This document shows positions 39,923-47,421 of a stretch of 64,000 bases of DNA, piece by piece. Numbering within the stretch: position 1 is the stretch's first letter; each line of letters opens with the position of its first letter. Made by a program: the position numbers and the translations under genes. This DNA comes from a virus. The stretch lies in the IMG/VR virus record IMGVR_UViG_3300046171_000138. One strand, given 5' to 3'. The notes beneath the pieces were generated by a model that was not told the DNA's origin, searched no databases, and saw only the letters and a list, made by a program, of their open reading frames with translations.

Positions 39923-40157
39923 TTGGCCACCACATTCTAAACACTTCCCCTATAGACTTGAATGGATCTATCATAATGATAAGATCATCGCTATGTTTGA
40001 GTGTGAACATCATCTTAACAAACACCTGATAAGATACAAACTCAACAAACGTAACTCCAGGGTAGACATCTTCCCTGATCATACACATACATTTAAATCT
40101 AACTACAAGAAACCTAAACGTCAACTCTTCTCCACCCTTGAGGATTTCTTCCAATGA
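39816..40157 (+). CDS. Hypothetical protein (start uncertain)
   Basis: WPPHSKHFPYRLEW...FECEHHLNKHLIRYKL. Confidence 0.55.
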   Translation: MCITMKKNSKPSTTKRKSKASPKILKITDRRKNITDWPPHSKHFPYRLEWIYHNDKIIAMFECEHHLNKHLIRYKLNKRNSRVDIFPDHTHTFKSNYKKPKRQLFSTLEDFFQ

Positions 40158-40288
40158 AACTTAAAACAACAACAAAACAATTTATCAACTCCAAAGGTGA
40201 TAAGTGGGAATGGGAAGAGACAGAAGAACTCATTAAAGCAATTCAGAAACTCGAACAGTATGCACCTGATTATGGTGTAGGCAAATGA
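40154..40288 (+). CDS. Small hypothetical protein
   Basis: MKLKTTTKQFINSKGDKWEWEETEE..., with ATGA coupling on both sides. Confidence 0.55.
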   Translation: MKLKTTTKQFINSKGDKWEWEETEELIKAIQKLEQYAPDYGVGK

Positions 40289-40503
40289 ATTATGATGGAC
40301 CATTGTATGCACCATGGCACAAAGTATTACAAGGAAGAACTACAATGAAGTTTAATCTCGAAGAACTTAAGTATCTTCAGTCTATACTAGATCAATCATC
40401 ATCCTATGCAAAGGCAAGAGGTGAACAGGTAGATCATCCATCAGTATCACATCAACATATCATTCAGAAGATTCAATACCAAATACATAAACTCTCCTCA
40501 TGA
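40285..40503 (+). CDS. Hypothetical protein
   Basis: 72-aa coupled ORF. Confidence 0.5.
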   Translation: MNYDGPLYAPWHKVLQGRTTMKFNLEELKYLQSILDQSSSYAKARGEQVDHPSVSHQHIIQKIQYQIHKLSS

Positions 40504-40889
40504 GAGATCATAAGGCAGAGTATGCGAGGCTTTCACCTGAAGCAAAGGCAAGGAAGATAGCGAGGAACTTACTACCTGAAGTGATACAACGAAAAAAAGA
40601 ATGGTCTCTCCAAAGACTATCCACAAGAAGAGAACGAGAAGCATACAATTACAATGCTATTGTCTCTTTCCTTGAACAACGTGACAATCATGAAGGATGT
40701 ATAGGATGTGGAACAAAAGAACGATTAGAATTCGATCATATCAACCCAGAAGATAAAGAATTCGATCCTCGTCCTAGAATGGGTGCTAAAACTATGTCAG
40801 AGAGACAATGGAATGAAATTGCAAAGTGTCAACTCCTATGTTATGATTGCCATAGAGAGAAAACTGGAGATCAATTTCGTAAGCAATGA
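40500..40889 (+). CDS. HNH endonuclease
   Basis: CIGCG...LEFDHINP...KCQLLCYDCHREKT. Confidence 0.85.
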   Translation: MRDHKAEYARLSPEAKARKIARNLLPEVIQRKKEWSLQRLSTRREREAYNYNAIVSFLEQRDNHEGCIGCGTKERLEFDHINPEDKEFDPRPRMGAKTMSERQWNEIAKCQLLCYDCHREKTGDQFRKQ

Positions 40890-41116
40890 ACTATAGACAT
40901 AAAGCACCAACCAAATACTATGTTGTTGAGTATGAACACACATACTATAACCATACACATAGTACAAGGACAAAGGCAGTCTATTTTACACTTGAATCAG
41001 CACAAGAAGCATCACTTAAGATGATGAAGAGAGGACAACACATACATTCAGTACATGAAGAGAAACTGTTATCTAAACCTGATATACTCTCAATACACCG
41101 TACAGGCACTCCGTAG
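40886..41116 (+). CDS. Hypothetical protein
   Basis: ATGA-coupled 76-aa ORF. Confidence 0.5.
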   Translation: MNYRHKAPTKYYVVEYEHTYYNHTHSTRTKAVYFTLESAQEASLKMMKRGQHIHSVHEEKLLSKPDILSIHRTGTP

Positions 41117-41162
41117 TAGCCACCAGGTATCTCAACGACACAATTTGATGATTTCTTAACAA

Positions 41163-41184
41163 CCTGTGGAAAAACCTGTGGAAA
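41163..41184 (-). repeat. Tandem 11-bp repeat containing two DnaA-box-like 9-mers
   Basis: CCTGTGGAAAA twice. The reverse complement TTTTCCACA at 41165-41173 and 41176-41184 fits TTWTNCACA. Confidence 0.6.
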
Positions 41185-41264
41185 ACTAAATGTATTAAAA
41201 AACATAGGTAATGTGCGGAGTTATTGTTGGTTTAGCGCCCCAGCACTCGAAAGTCAAGGAGCTT

Positions 41265-41325
41265 GTGTGACAGCCTGCGAAGTGACCCCGAGACCCTTGA
41301 CAAATTGGCGTTTCTGGGTTATTAT
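41265..41325 (+). promoter_or_regulatory. Early promoter with two-block motif
   Basis: GTGACA-GCCTGCG-AAGTGACCC, then TTGACA(41297)-17 bp-TATTAT(41320). Confidence 0.8.
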
Positions 41326-41342
41326 AGAAACATGGAAAAGGC

Positions 41343-41366
41343 AAAAAGTCAGTTTTTTGACTTTTT
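41343..41366. repeat. AT-rich inverted repeat
   Basis: AAAAAGTCA-GTTTTT-TGACTTTTT. Confidence 0.6.
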
Positions 41367-41390
41367 CAGAAAACTCAATTAATTAAAAAA

Positions 41391-41620
41391 ATGAATTTAA
41401 AGATTTTGAATCTTCTGCTATCTTTAGTTTAACTACCAATGAAGATAGTCTTGTTATTGTGTTCAAATCATCTGAAAAAGAGTATAATTACACTATAAAT
41501 GATACAAAATGGGTAGAATCACTCACTAATTGTATTAATAACAAAGAAAGTGTTGGTAAATTTGTATCAACTAGTCTAAAACATAAGAATATCCTAGAAA
41601 ACAAGGATAATTCTAAATAA
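41391..41620 (+). CDS. Probable small protein (KTSC-like fold possible) with a 1-nt deletion near the start
   Basis: Adding one T in ATGAATTT gives MNFKDFESSAIFSLTT...VIVFKSSEKEYNY...KESVGKFV... Confidence 0.4.
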
Positions 41621-41653
41621 TTACTCTATAATTGCTATTACTGACTAATAACA

Positions 41654-41824
41654 ATGAAAAACAATCGTAAGTACAATCCAGATAGTAATCACAAAGAACT
41701 TCAGATTGAAGATGATTATGAACACTTTGGATATGATGTTAAGAATGCCAAGAGATTCAAGAGCAGAGCGAAACGATCTGCCAAGTTCAGAAACTACGAT
41801 GAATATCGACTGAATTGTCAATAG
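41654..41824 (+). CDS. Small hypothetical protein
   Basis: MKNNRKYNPDSNHKELQIEDDYEHFGYDVKNAKRF..., 56 aa. Confidence 0.55.
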   Translation: MKNNRKYNPDSNHKELQIEDDYEHFGYDVKNAKRFKSRAKRSAKFRNYDEYRLNCQ

Positions 41825-41827
41825 GTA

Positions 41828-41885
41828 GTGGACACTAGTTGAAGTGTCTACTATCACTTGCAATTTGATGTGGATCATGTAGTGT
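41828..41885 (+). promoter_or_regulatory. Early promoter with two-block motif
   Basis: Near-perfect dyad GTGGACAC-N8-GTGTCTAC, then TTGCAA-16 bp-TAGTGT. Confidence 0.6.
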
Positions 41886-41908
41886 ATACACAGTTGAAAC
41901 ATTTTCAC

Positions 41909-42082
41909 ATGAGAGTCATCACTACCCCATCAACACGTAGGGGTTACATAGTGACCAAACATCGCACACAGGATGTAGATCAACGTACACTTGTGGATAA
42001 CTATGGGGCAGCTATGATTGTTGCCCATAACATAAGTGAAATCGAGGGTTGCCGTGTGACGGTTGACAAGGTGGCACGGTAG
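41909..42082 (+). CDS. Small hypothetical protein
   Basis: MRVITTPSTRRGYIVTK... Confidence 0.5.
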   Translation: MRVITTPSTRRGYIVTKHRTQDVDQRTLVDNYGAAMIVAHNISEIEGCRVTVDKVAR

Positions 42083-42114
42083 GGGTTGCAATCTCCTTCC
42101 CGTTCCTGTATTGT
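42054..42114 (+). promoter_or_regulatory. Early promoter with two-block motif
   Basis: GTGACG-GTTGACA-AGGTGGCAC, then TTGCAA(42086)-17 bp-TATTGT(42109). Confidence 0.75.
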
Positions 42115-42143
42115 ATTAACAAGTCAAACAACCGACACCAAAC

Positions 42144-42470
42144 ATGCGTAAGATCGAAACCCAGATGAACGCTGCCATCACAGCGAACGCCAACTGGTCT
42201 AAAGCAAACACATCCGTTAGCACCACCGATGGTGTGTCTGAAGTGCGTCTTCATGGTAACTTGATCGCAAAAGTTGGTGATGATTTTGTCACTGTATTTG
42301 ATGGAGGTTGGCAGTCTAACACCACCAAATCTCGTCTCAACGCTATCATCAACGAGTTCTGCAATGCATTCACTGATGGTGTATTTCAGAAGGACTTTCA
42401 GTGGTTCGTTCGTGACAACAAAGTCGTGAATGATTTCGTCAACGGTTACACATTCAGTGAGTTTGCATAG
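42144..42470 (+). CDS. Conserved cyanophage-type early hypothetical protein
   Basis: MRKIETQMNAAI...NWSKANTSV...VRLHGNLIAKV...GGWQSNTTKSRLNAI. Confidence 0.8.
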   Translation: MRKIETQMNAAITANANWSKANTSVSTTDGVSEVRLHGNLIAKVGDDFVTVFDGGWQSNTTKSRLNAIINEFCNAFTDGVFQKDFQWFVRDNKVVNDFVNGYTFSEFA

Positions 42471-42473
42471 GTG

Positions 42474-42497
42474 AGAGGGGTATATCCCCTCTTTTTT
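42474..42497 (+). terminator. Rho-independent terminator
   Basis: AGAGGGG-TATAT-CCCCTCT followed by a T run. Confidence 0.85.
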
Positions 42498-42536
42498 ATT
42501 GTCTCCACTATGTAACACTAACTGATTCAGCCGCCC

Positions 42537-42595
42537 GTGGACGATCGACCTAGTGGCACACAGTCTCTCGCATTGCCTCTCACAGCCCCTATAAT
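42537..42595 (+). promoter_or_regulatory. Early promoter with two-block motif
   Basis: TGGACG-ATCGACC-TAGTGGCAC, with -10 TATAAT at 42590. Confidence 0.7.
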
Positions 42596-42601
42596 AAGGA
42601 C

Positions 42602-42799
42602 ATGAACGAAACGACCTACGAAATCTCTTGCCCCACCTTGGGTGAGACCGAGACCACGACCGACCTGGATCGTGCGATGGACATTTGCTACAGCATGCAT
42701 GATGAGTCAAACTCCTATGCATACATCCGAGATTCATTCGGTGATATCGTCGGAGAGTATGGCGACGTAATGGAAGCAGTTGCACTGGGGTTAGTTTGA
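42602..42799 (+). CDS. Hypothetical protein
   Basis: MNETTYEISCPTLGETETTTDLDRAMDICY...; AGGA precedes the ATG. Confidence 0.7.
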   Translation: MNETTYEISCPTLGETETTTDLDRAMDICYSMHDESNSYAYIRDSFGDIVGEYGDVMEAVALGLV

Positions 42800-42972
42800 T
42801 GGAAAGGACAGGATTTTTCATGCATAGCGAGAACCCCTCGCCACTGATGCAGAAGGTCATGGAGAACATCCAACGCCAGCATCAGCAGGAGATGGAGTAT
42901 AGGCAGGCAGTCAGGGCAGGACGCATCCAACCAGACCAGTTCACGAGCTGGAACATTAGCGACAGACATTGA
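42799..42972 (+). CDS. Small hypothetical protein
   Basis: MERTGFFMHSENPSPLMQKVMENI...; TGATG overlap with the previous gene. Confidence 0.55.
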   Translation: MERTGFFMHSENPSPLMQKVMENIQRQHQQEMEYRQAVRAGRIQPDQFTSWNISDRH

Positions 42973-42990
42973 TCGCTGACCGACTAGGAT
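42933..42990 (+). promoter_or_regulatory. Possible early promoter with two-block motif
   Basis: AGACCA-GTTCACG-AGCTGGAAC, with -10 TAGGAT at 42985 at the same spacing; the match is weak. Confidence 0.45.
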
Positions 42991-43013
42991 ACACACAAGA
43001 AACAAAACAAACA

Positions 43014-43259
43014 ATGGATCAACCAACCTACGCCGTCCAACCTGCAGCATGGGGCAACTTCGATGGATGGGGTTGCGACTATAGCCCCACGATCGAGGAT
43101 GCATACAAAGCATGCAAGATCTGGCGTGAGATGGGTGAGTCTGGCGACATGATGATCTTTCGTATCCTACCAGGTGGCAACCCCATCCGATGGGTGAGAG
43201 TCTACGCTGACGAATCAATCGAGAGTGTGACAACCCAAGAGCTGGCACTGCTTAAGTAG
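43014..43259 (+). CDS. Hypothetical protein
   Basis: MDQPTYAVQPAAWGNFDGWG... Confidence 0.65.
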   Translation: MDQPTYAVQPAAWGNFDGWGCDYSPTIEDAYKACKIWREMGESGDMMIFRILPGGNPIRWVRVYADESIESVTTQELALLK

Positions 43260-43311
43260 GCAACGCCACCACATCGACTAGAATTCAAAAGTAAACAACA
43301 AAGGACACAGC

Positions 43312-43533
43312 ATGAACGGTTGGGCAACTTACGAAACTTGGAACGCTGCACTGTGGATCGGCAACGATGAGACGATCTACCGCCACGCCAAACTGAATAA
43401 GAACCTCGGCTACCGCAAGTGGGCAAAGCGTTTCATTGATGAATTCGGTGAGTACATCACAGGCGACGGGGTTGCCTGGTTGCATGACGACATCGACCAA
43501 GATGAGATGGATGCCATGCTCGCAGAACTGTAA
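43312..43533 (+). CDS. Conserved phage hypothetical protein
   Basis: MNGWATYETWNAALWIGNDE...GDGVAW; AGGA lies upstream. Confidence 0.75.
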   Translation: MNGWATYETWNAALWIGNDETIYRHAKLNKNLGYRKWAKRFIDEFGEYITGDGVAWLHDDIDQDEMDAMLAEL

Positions 43534-43582
43534 GGGGTCGCCCCCTTCCATGCTACAATACACAAGAACACAACCCCACACC

Positions 43583-44152
43583 ATGAACGCCACCGCTTTT
43601 AATCTCGACAACGCCGTTCGGATCTATGAGGAGACGATCGCTCCTCTTCATGCTCGCTACCTGTCAGAAGACAACGCAGGCGGCAAGATGAGAGCATCGA
43701 TGGGCGACCTCTATGAGGACGTGGCACAGGCAGTGATCTATGCAGTCGATCCCTCCATCGTGTGTAAGCACAACGATTATATCATGATCGAGAGCAGGGG
43801 AGGCAAGAGCTACAAGAAAACACAGGTGGACATCCATGCATACAAGGATGGAGAACTGATCTTTATTGTAGAGGGCAAGACCTATCTAGACTCCTCCATG
43901 CTGGACCGTGCCTGCAGTGAGTTCGACAAGATCCGCCGTGTCTACCCTGGCATCCCTGCCGCTGTGTTCACAGGACAGGACGCCACCGACCCAGACTCTG
44001 CCGCTTGGTTTGCTGATGAGACAGATCATCAGGTATTTGTCGTCAACCAAACCAAGCAACGCAGGAGCACAGCGCCGATCTTTGAGACTGCCGACCCGCT
44101 GGACATGATGGCACTACAGGCATTTGCCCGATGGGTTGACTCCTGCCTGTGA
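43583..44152 (+). CDS. PD-(D/E)xK restriction-endonuclease-like nuclease
   Basis: MGDLYEDVAQ helix, QVDIHAY and FIVEGKTYLD (D...ExK) core. Confidence 0.6.
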   Translation: MNATAFNLDNAVRIYEETIAPLHARYLSEDNAGGKMRASMGDLYEDVAQAVIYAVDPSIVCKHNDYIMIESRGGKSYKKTQVDIHAYKDGELIFIVEGKTYLDSSMLDRACSEFDKIRRVYPGIPAAVFTGQDATDPDSAAWFADETDHQVFVVNQTKQRRSTAPIFETADPLDMMALQAFARWVDSCL

Positions 44153-44183
44153 TCTGGTAGACTATCCAAAGAACACAACCCAC

Positions 44184-44384
44184 AGCATGATGATTTCACT
44201 AGACACCAGAGAGCACAGCAGCGCCACCGACAAAATCCAACTATTCCCCCTGTCCCGTATAGTTTTCATCCATTGGTCCTCGGGTCACTACTCCATGCAC
44301 CGTGCCCGCCTTCGTGATATGTTATTACTTTTGGACCAACGAATTGGATTCGGTGAGTGGTGCAATCGTTACGCTCTTAACTAA
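44184..44384 (+). CDS. Possible hypothetical protein
   Basis: ORF at the end of the early region; support is weak. Confidence 0.35.
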   Translation, partial: SMMISLDTREHSSATDKIQLFPLSRIVFIHWSSGHYSMHRARLRDMLLLLDQRIGFGEWCNRYALN

Positions 44385-44386
44385 CA

Positions 44387-44530
44387 TTAATCTGGGCACG
44401 TTAGCGTTGCATCGGTAAGTCCCAGATCAACACTATGTAACACCAGGGGGCAGTAAAACGCCCCCTTTATTGTATACCCCCGAATGCCGAGCGGGACTCC
44501 TACCACTACTCTAACCTACAAAGTGTTACC
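44387..44530 (+). ncRNA. Candidate structured non-coding element (RNA or ssDNA)
   Basis: Stems ATCTGGG/CCCAGAT (44390/44427), GTAACAC/GTGTTAC (44437/44529), AGGGGGC/GCCCCCT (44445/44466) and CCCG/CGGG (44479/44495). Confidence 0.35.
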
Positions 44531-44537
44531 CAAGCAA

Positions 44538-44545
44538 GATAAATA
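44538..44545 (+). promoter_or_regulatory. Late promoter variant
   Basis: GATAAATA upstream of the late/baseplate block. Confidence 0.55.
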
Positions 44546-44600
44546 TTCCAAGGAAATAAAAAAATTTCCCCAGAAAAAATTTCCCCAAAATAGTTGAATC

Positions 44601-44807
44601 ATGAAAGACTACGATCGCTTTATTAATAAGCAAGCAGAAGTATTGAATGAGTTCGATGATTTCTGCGAACAATTCGAGAAACGTGCTGCCGAGAACTTTA
44701 AGAACCCAAACAAACAAGATGAAAGATTTGAACTCCTCCGAGAAATCAGCGAACCTGGAAGAGGTGCTATCGATAGCATTCCAGGAGATACGGGAACTGA
44801 AAGCTGA
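44601..44807 (+). CDS. Hypothetical protein
   Basis: MKDYDRFINKQAEVLNEFDDFCEQFE... Confidence 0.6.
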   Translation: MKDYDRFINKQAEVLNEFDDFCEQFEKRAAENFKNPNKQDERFELLREISEPGRGAIDSIPGDTGTES

Positions 44808-44922
44808 AGTCGAGCGTCTAAAGTCTCCAAGTCTCATGTATAGACGCCCTGGTGCTGTCGCACATGAGAAGATAACAGATTACTTGGATGATGTAGATAA
44901 ACGACTAAAGAAATTAGAATAA
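44719..44922 (+). CDS. Coiled-coil hypothetical protein (start uncertain)
   Basis: EIRELKAEVERLKSPSLMYRRPG...DYLDDVDKRLKKLE; TAATG-coupled to the next gene. Confidence 0.55.
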   Translation: MKDLNSSEKSANLEEVLSIAFQEIRELKAEVERLKSPSLMYRRPGAVAHEKITDYLDDVDKRLKKLE

Positions 44923-45753
44923 TGGCAATTCTCATACCTGCAGGAACATCATTTACTTTAGGATCTGGACCTGGGTGGAGGATGTTGCCGCCTCCGAGTA
45001 ACTTTGTGATACCTGGAATGTTTCGAGATGGTATAAATCTGAATATCTATGAGAACGTGGGGGTAGTGAATGTCACTGCTCAAGCAAACTTGGTATGTCC
45101 TGGAGGAACACCTGGTCCCTCACAGCCGAGTCCCGAGTTAATCACAGGTATCAGTATTGGTATCATGCCACCTGGTTGTATTGTACTAGCGGGTGGTGTA
45201 CCGACTATACCAGAGATGTTAGTAGGCACTGATGCTGTGACATTCGGGAGTATCAGTGTAGCACCTGGAGTCACCACATTAGTATTGCCAATCCCACTCA
45301 TTGGTAATTACACGGAGAAGTGGATGTATGATATGCAGGCAGGTTTTGGAGAAAGTTACAAAGGTAGTACAAGTACCACGTACCAGGGACAATATGAGGG
45401 GTGTCACATTTCAGGGAGGACTTGGAGTGCAGAAAACCTTTAAGCGTGATGAGAAGTTAAAGAGAATCAGTGGATCGGGAAGGCTCTCTGCATATCAGGC
45501 AACACCTGAAGGTAGGGAGTTTGTTGGACCTTTTGTACATGATATAGCACAGAGGGGTAGTAACTATGTACATGCTTATAAACCGTCTCTGATCAAAACT
45601 CTGCGTTTTCATTATGAGATTACAGTTACGAGTACATGTCCACCATACATCTGGAAGTTCCCAGCATTTATCGATGTAGATAACAACTGGCAAAATCACA
45701 CGAAGCGTACTAAATATCGTTTAAGTAAGCAAACCGAAGCAAGAGAAGGATAA
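44922..45753 (+). CDS. Hypothetical (probably structural) protein of ~277 aa with a +1 G in GGGG at ~45399
   Basis: ORFs 44922-45443 and 45301-45753 join as ...QYEG/VTFQGGLGVQKTF...; TAATG coupling at both ends. Confidence 0.6.
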
Positions 45754-46052
45754 TGCCAGCAGGAAGTGGAATCAGTCGAATGAAGGATTTGGAGAGTGGT
45801 CATCAGTGTTGGCCACCTGTACCTGTAATTACTGGTTCATTGAATGTTTTTGTGAATAAGATTGCAGCAGTAAGAGTTGGTGATGTAACTGCAGTTCATG
45901 TATGTGGAAATAAACCACCACATACTGATAAGTGTGTGAAGGGGTCTAAAAGAGTCCGAATCAACAAGATGGATACTATGCGTATAGGTGATCTGTTATC
46001 CTATGGTGCAGTGATGACAGAAGGGTCTCATACGGTATTGGCAGGATTGTAG
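45753..46052 (+). CDS. 5.4: PAAR-family baseplate spike protein (gp5.4-like)
   Basis: GHQCWPP...GSLNVFVNKIAAVRVGD...HVC...H...GSKRVRIN...RIGD...GSHTVLAG. Confidence 0.85.
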   Translation: MPAGSGISRMKDLESGHQCWPPVPVITGSLNVFVNKIAAVRVGDVTAVHVCGNKPPHTDKCVKGSKRVRINKMDTMRIGDLLSYGAVMTEGSHTVLAGL

Positions 46053-46066
46053 ATCTGTGGTATAAT
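46038..46066 (+). promoter_or_regulatory. sigma70-like promoter with extended -10
   Basis: TTGGCA-17 bp-(TGG)TATAAT. Confidence 0.7.
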
Positions 46067-46089
46067 ACTAGAAGTTCATCATTAGAATA

Positions 46090-46236
46090 ATGGCAAAGTT
46101 TAATCGAGCGTTGACGGGTAATTCGTTCATTGAACCAATTCCCAAGAAGAGTCGTCAAGGCAATGGTAAGAACACCAAGTATGCAGCAACAAGTCGAAAC
46201 AGTGCGAAGAAGCGTTATCGTGGACAGGGTAAGTGA
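46090..46236 (+). CDS. Small basic protein (48 aa)
   Basis: MAKFNRALTGNSFIEPIPKKSRQGNGKNTKYAATSRNSAKKRYRGQGK. Confidence 0.7.
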   Translation: MAKFNRALTGNSFIEPIPKKSRQGNGKNTKYAATSRNSAKKRYRGQGK

Positions 46237-46886
46237 ATTTAATTTGCAATCTTCCTGCAGAGAAGGTGTGGGTTCGTAAGGAATACTTACGAGATCATCA
46301 AGACGGGCATGGGGAGTTTGTAGAGGGCGTCTGGGTATGTGCTAAAAGCATACCTGGGCGTGCTTTTTACTTTGAGACATACTTGCCTACATATGGAGCA
46401 ATGTATGACAAGCTACCTATCAGTGCATTTGTAAGATCACCTAAAACACCAGATGTTGATATGAGTCTGGAGAATCTACAATTTTGGAATTGTATGGATT
46501 ATGGGGTAGCATGTATGAACAAGGGATTTGTATCATCAATGGACTGTGAAGTCTTTACAAGAGACCATGGATTGATGAAAGGTCAATACTTGTTTACATT
46601 AGATAACTATCATGCAAACATCGATGTTATAGATAATAATGTAAGTGAGGTGCCACAAGAGCACAAGTCGCATAATTGTATCGCTCTAAACAACGGTCAG
46701 TATGCACTATATCCTAATAATAGAATGCGCTTGTATGACCTCTCTATAACCCCCCAGGACCCTCAATTCCCTGACTTTAAGGTATCCACTATAGAATACC
46801 AAGTAGAGGCAGGAATTGACTGGGGACGCCTAGGAGACACTGACGATTATTTCTGGCAAACACCAAAGGAGAAAGAAAATGGGTAA
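46233..46886 (+). CDS. Conserved T4-like hypothetical protein upstream of g25
   Basis: NLP..KVWVRKEYL.D...GHGEFVEGVWV..KSIPGRAFYFETYLP.YGA.YDKLPISAF. Confidence 0.8.
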   Translation: MNLICNLPAEKVWVRKEYLRDHQDGHGEFVEGVWVCAKSIPGRAFYFETYLPTYGAMYDKLPISAFVRSPKTPDVDMSLENLQFWNCMDYGVACMNKGFVSSMDCEVFTRDHGLMKGQYLFTLDNYHANIDVIDNNVSEVPQEHKSHNCIALNNGQYALYPNNRMRLYDLSITPQDPQFPDFKVSTIEYQVEAGIDWGRLGDTDDYFWQTPKEKENG

Positions 46887-47007
46887 TTCACCAACTGATA
46901 AGAGTAAAGATTTTATCAAATCAGGAATGACTCTTATCACTCAAATAGAGTCTGATAGGATCTTAAAAAAGATCAAGACAGAAGATAAGAAAAAGGACCA
47001 TAAATAA
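46879..47007 (+). CDS. Small hypothetical protein
   Basis: MGNSPTDKSKDFIKSGMTLITQ..., 42 aa. Confidence 0.55.
   Translation: MGNSPTDKSKDFIKSGMTLITQIESDRILKKIKTEDKKKDHK
46999..47006 (+). promoter_or_regulatory. Late promoter variant
   Basis: CATAAATA, 19 nt upstream of g25. Confidence 0.65.
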
Positions 47008-47025
47008 ACAATAAATCGTGTTATT

Positions 47026-47421
47026 GTGCCCAATCAACAGTCTTTTAAAGATTTAAAGGTTACTATGAAGCCTCATCCAATTACGGGTGACTTACTAGTA
47101 ACTAAAGACGATGCATCTGTTAAGCAGTCAGTTGTTAATCTTATATTGACTACTCCTGGAGAAAGATTCTTCGACGATGAGTTGGGTTGTGGTATTTCTG
47201 AATTACTATTTGAACCACTTGATTTTGGTACAGCGGGTTTGATTGAAGACCAAATCAGAACCACTTTGAGGAAATACGAGTCTAGGGTCACATTGACAGA
47301 TTTGGCAGTTGACCCAAACTTTGATGATAATGCCTTTGACGTTGCTATTGAGTTTATAATTCGTGGTCGTCAAGACGAACCACCTCAAAACGTCAACTTC
47401 CTCTTACAGAGAACCCGATGA
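47026..47421 (+). CDS. g25: Baseplate wedge subunit gp25
   Basis: FKDL....HPITGDL....D..SVKQSVVNLILTTPGERFF...GCGISELLFEP...YESRV. Confidence 0.92.
   Translation: MPNQQSFKDLKVTMKPHPITGDLLVTKDDASVKQSVVNLILTTPGERFFDDELGCGISELLFEPLDFGTAGLIEDQIRTTLRKYESRVTLTDLAVDPNFDDNAFDVAIEFIIRGRQDEPPQNVNFLLQRTR

Noticed and set aside
34422-42990. CRISPR-like array formed by the recurring GTG..CA motif
   Set aside because: The copies are degenerate, irregularly spaced and tied to -10 boxes, and there are no cas genes.
42012-43248. Long minus-strand ORFs (285 aa and 177 aa), and other minus-strand ORFs in the track
   Set aside because: They are antisense shadows of well-supported plus-strand genes, with no recognisable motifs or promoters.
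44387-44430. Pistol, hammerhead or HDV ribozyme assignment
   Set aside because: Only a superficial resemblance (GGGCACGTTA...GCGTTG). The conserved catalytic cores and required pseudoknots were not found by eye.
44922-45753. Two overlapping genes (173 aa and 150 aa)
   Set aside because: A single extra G in a GGGG run merges them into one ORF that is coupled to both neighbours.
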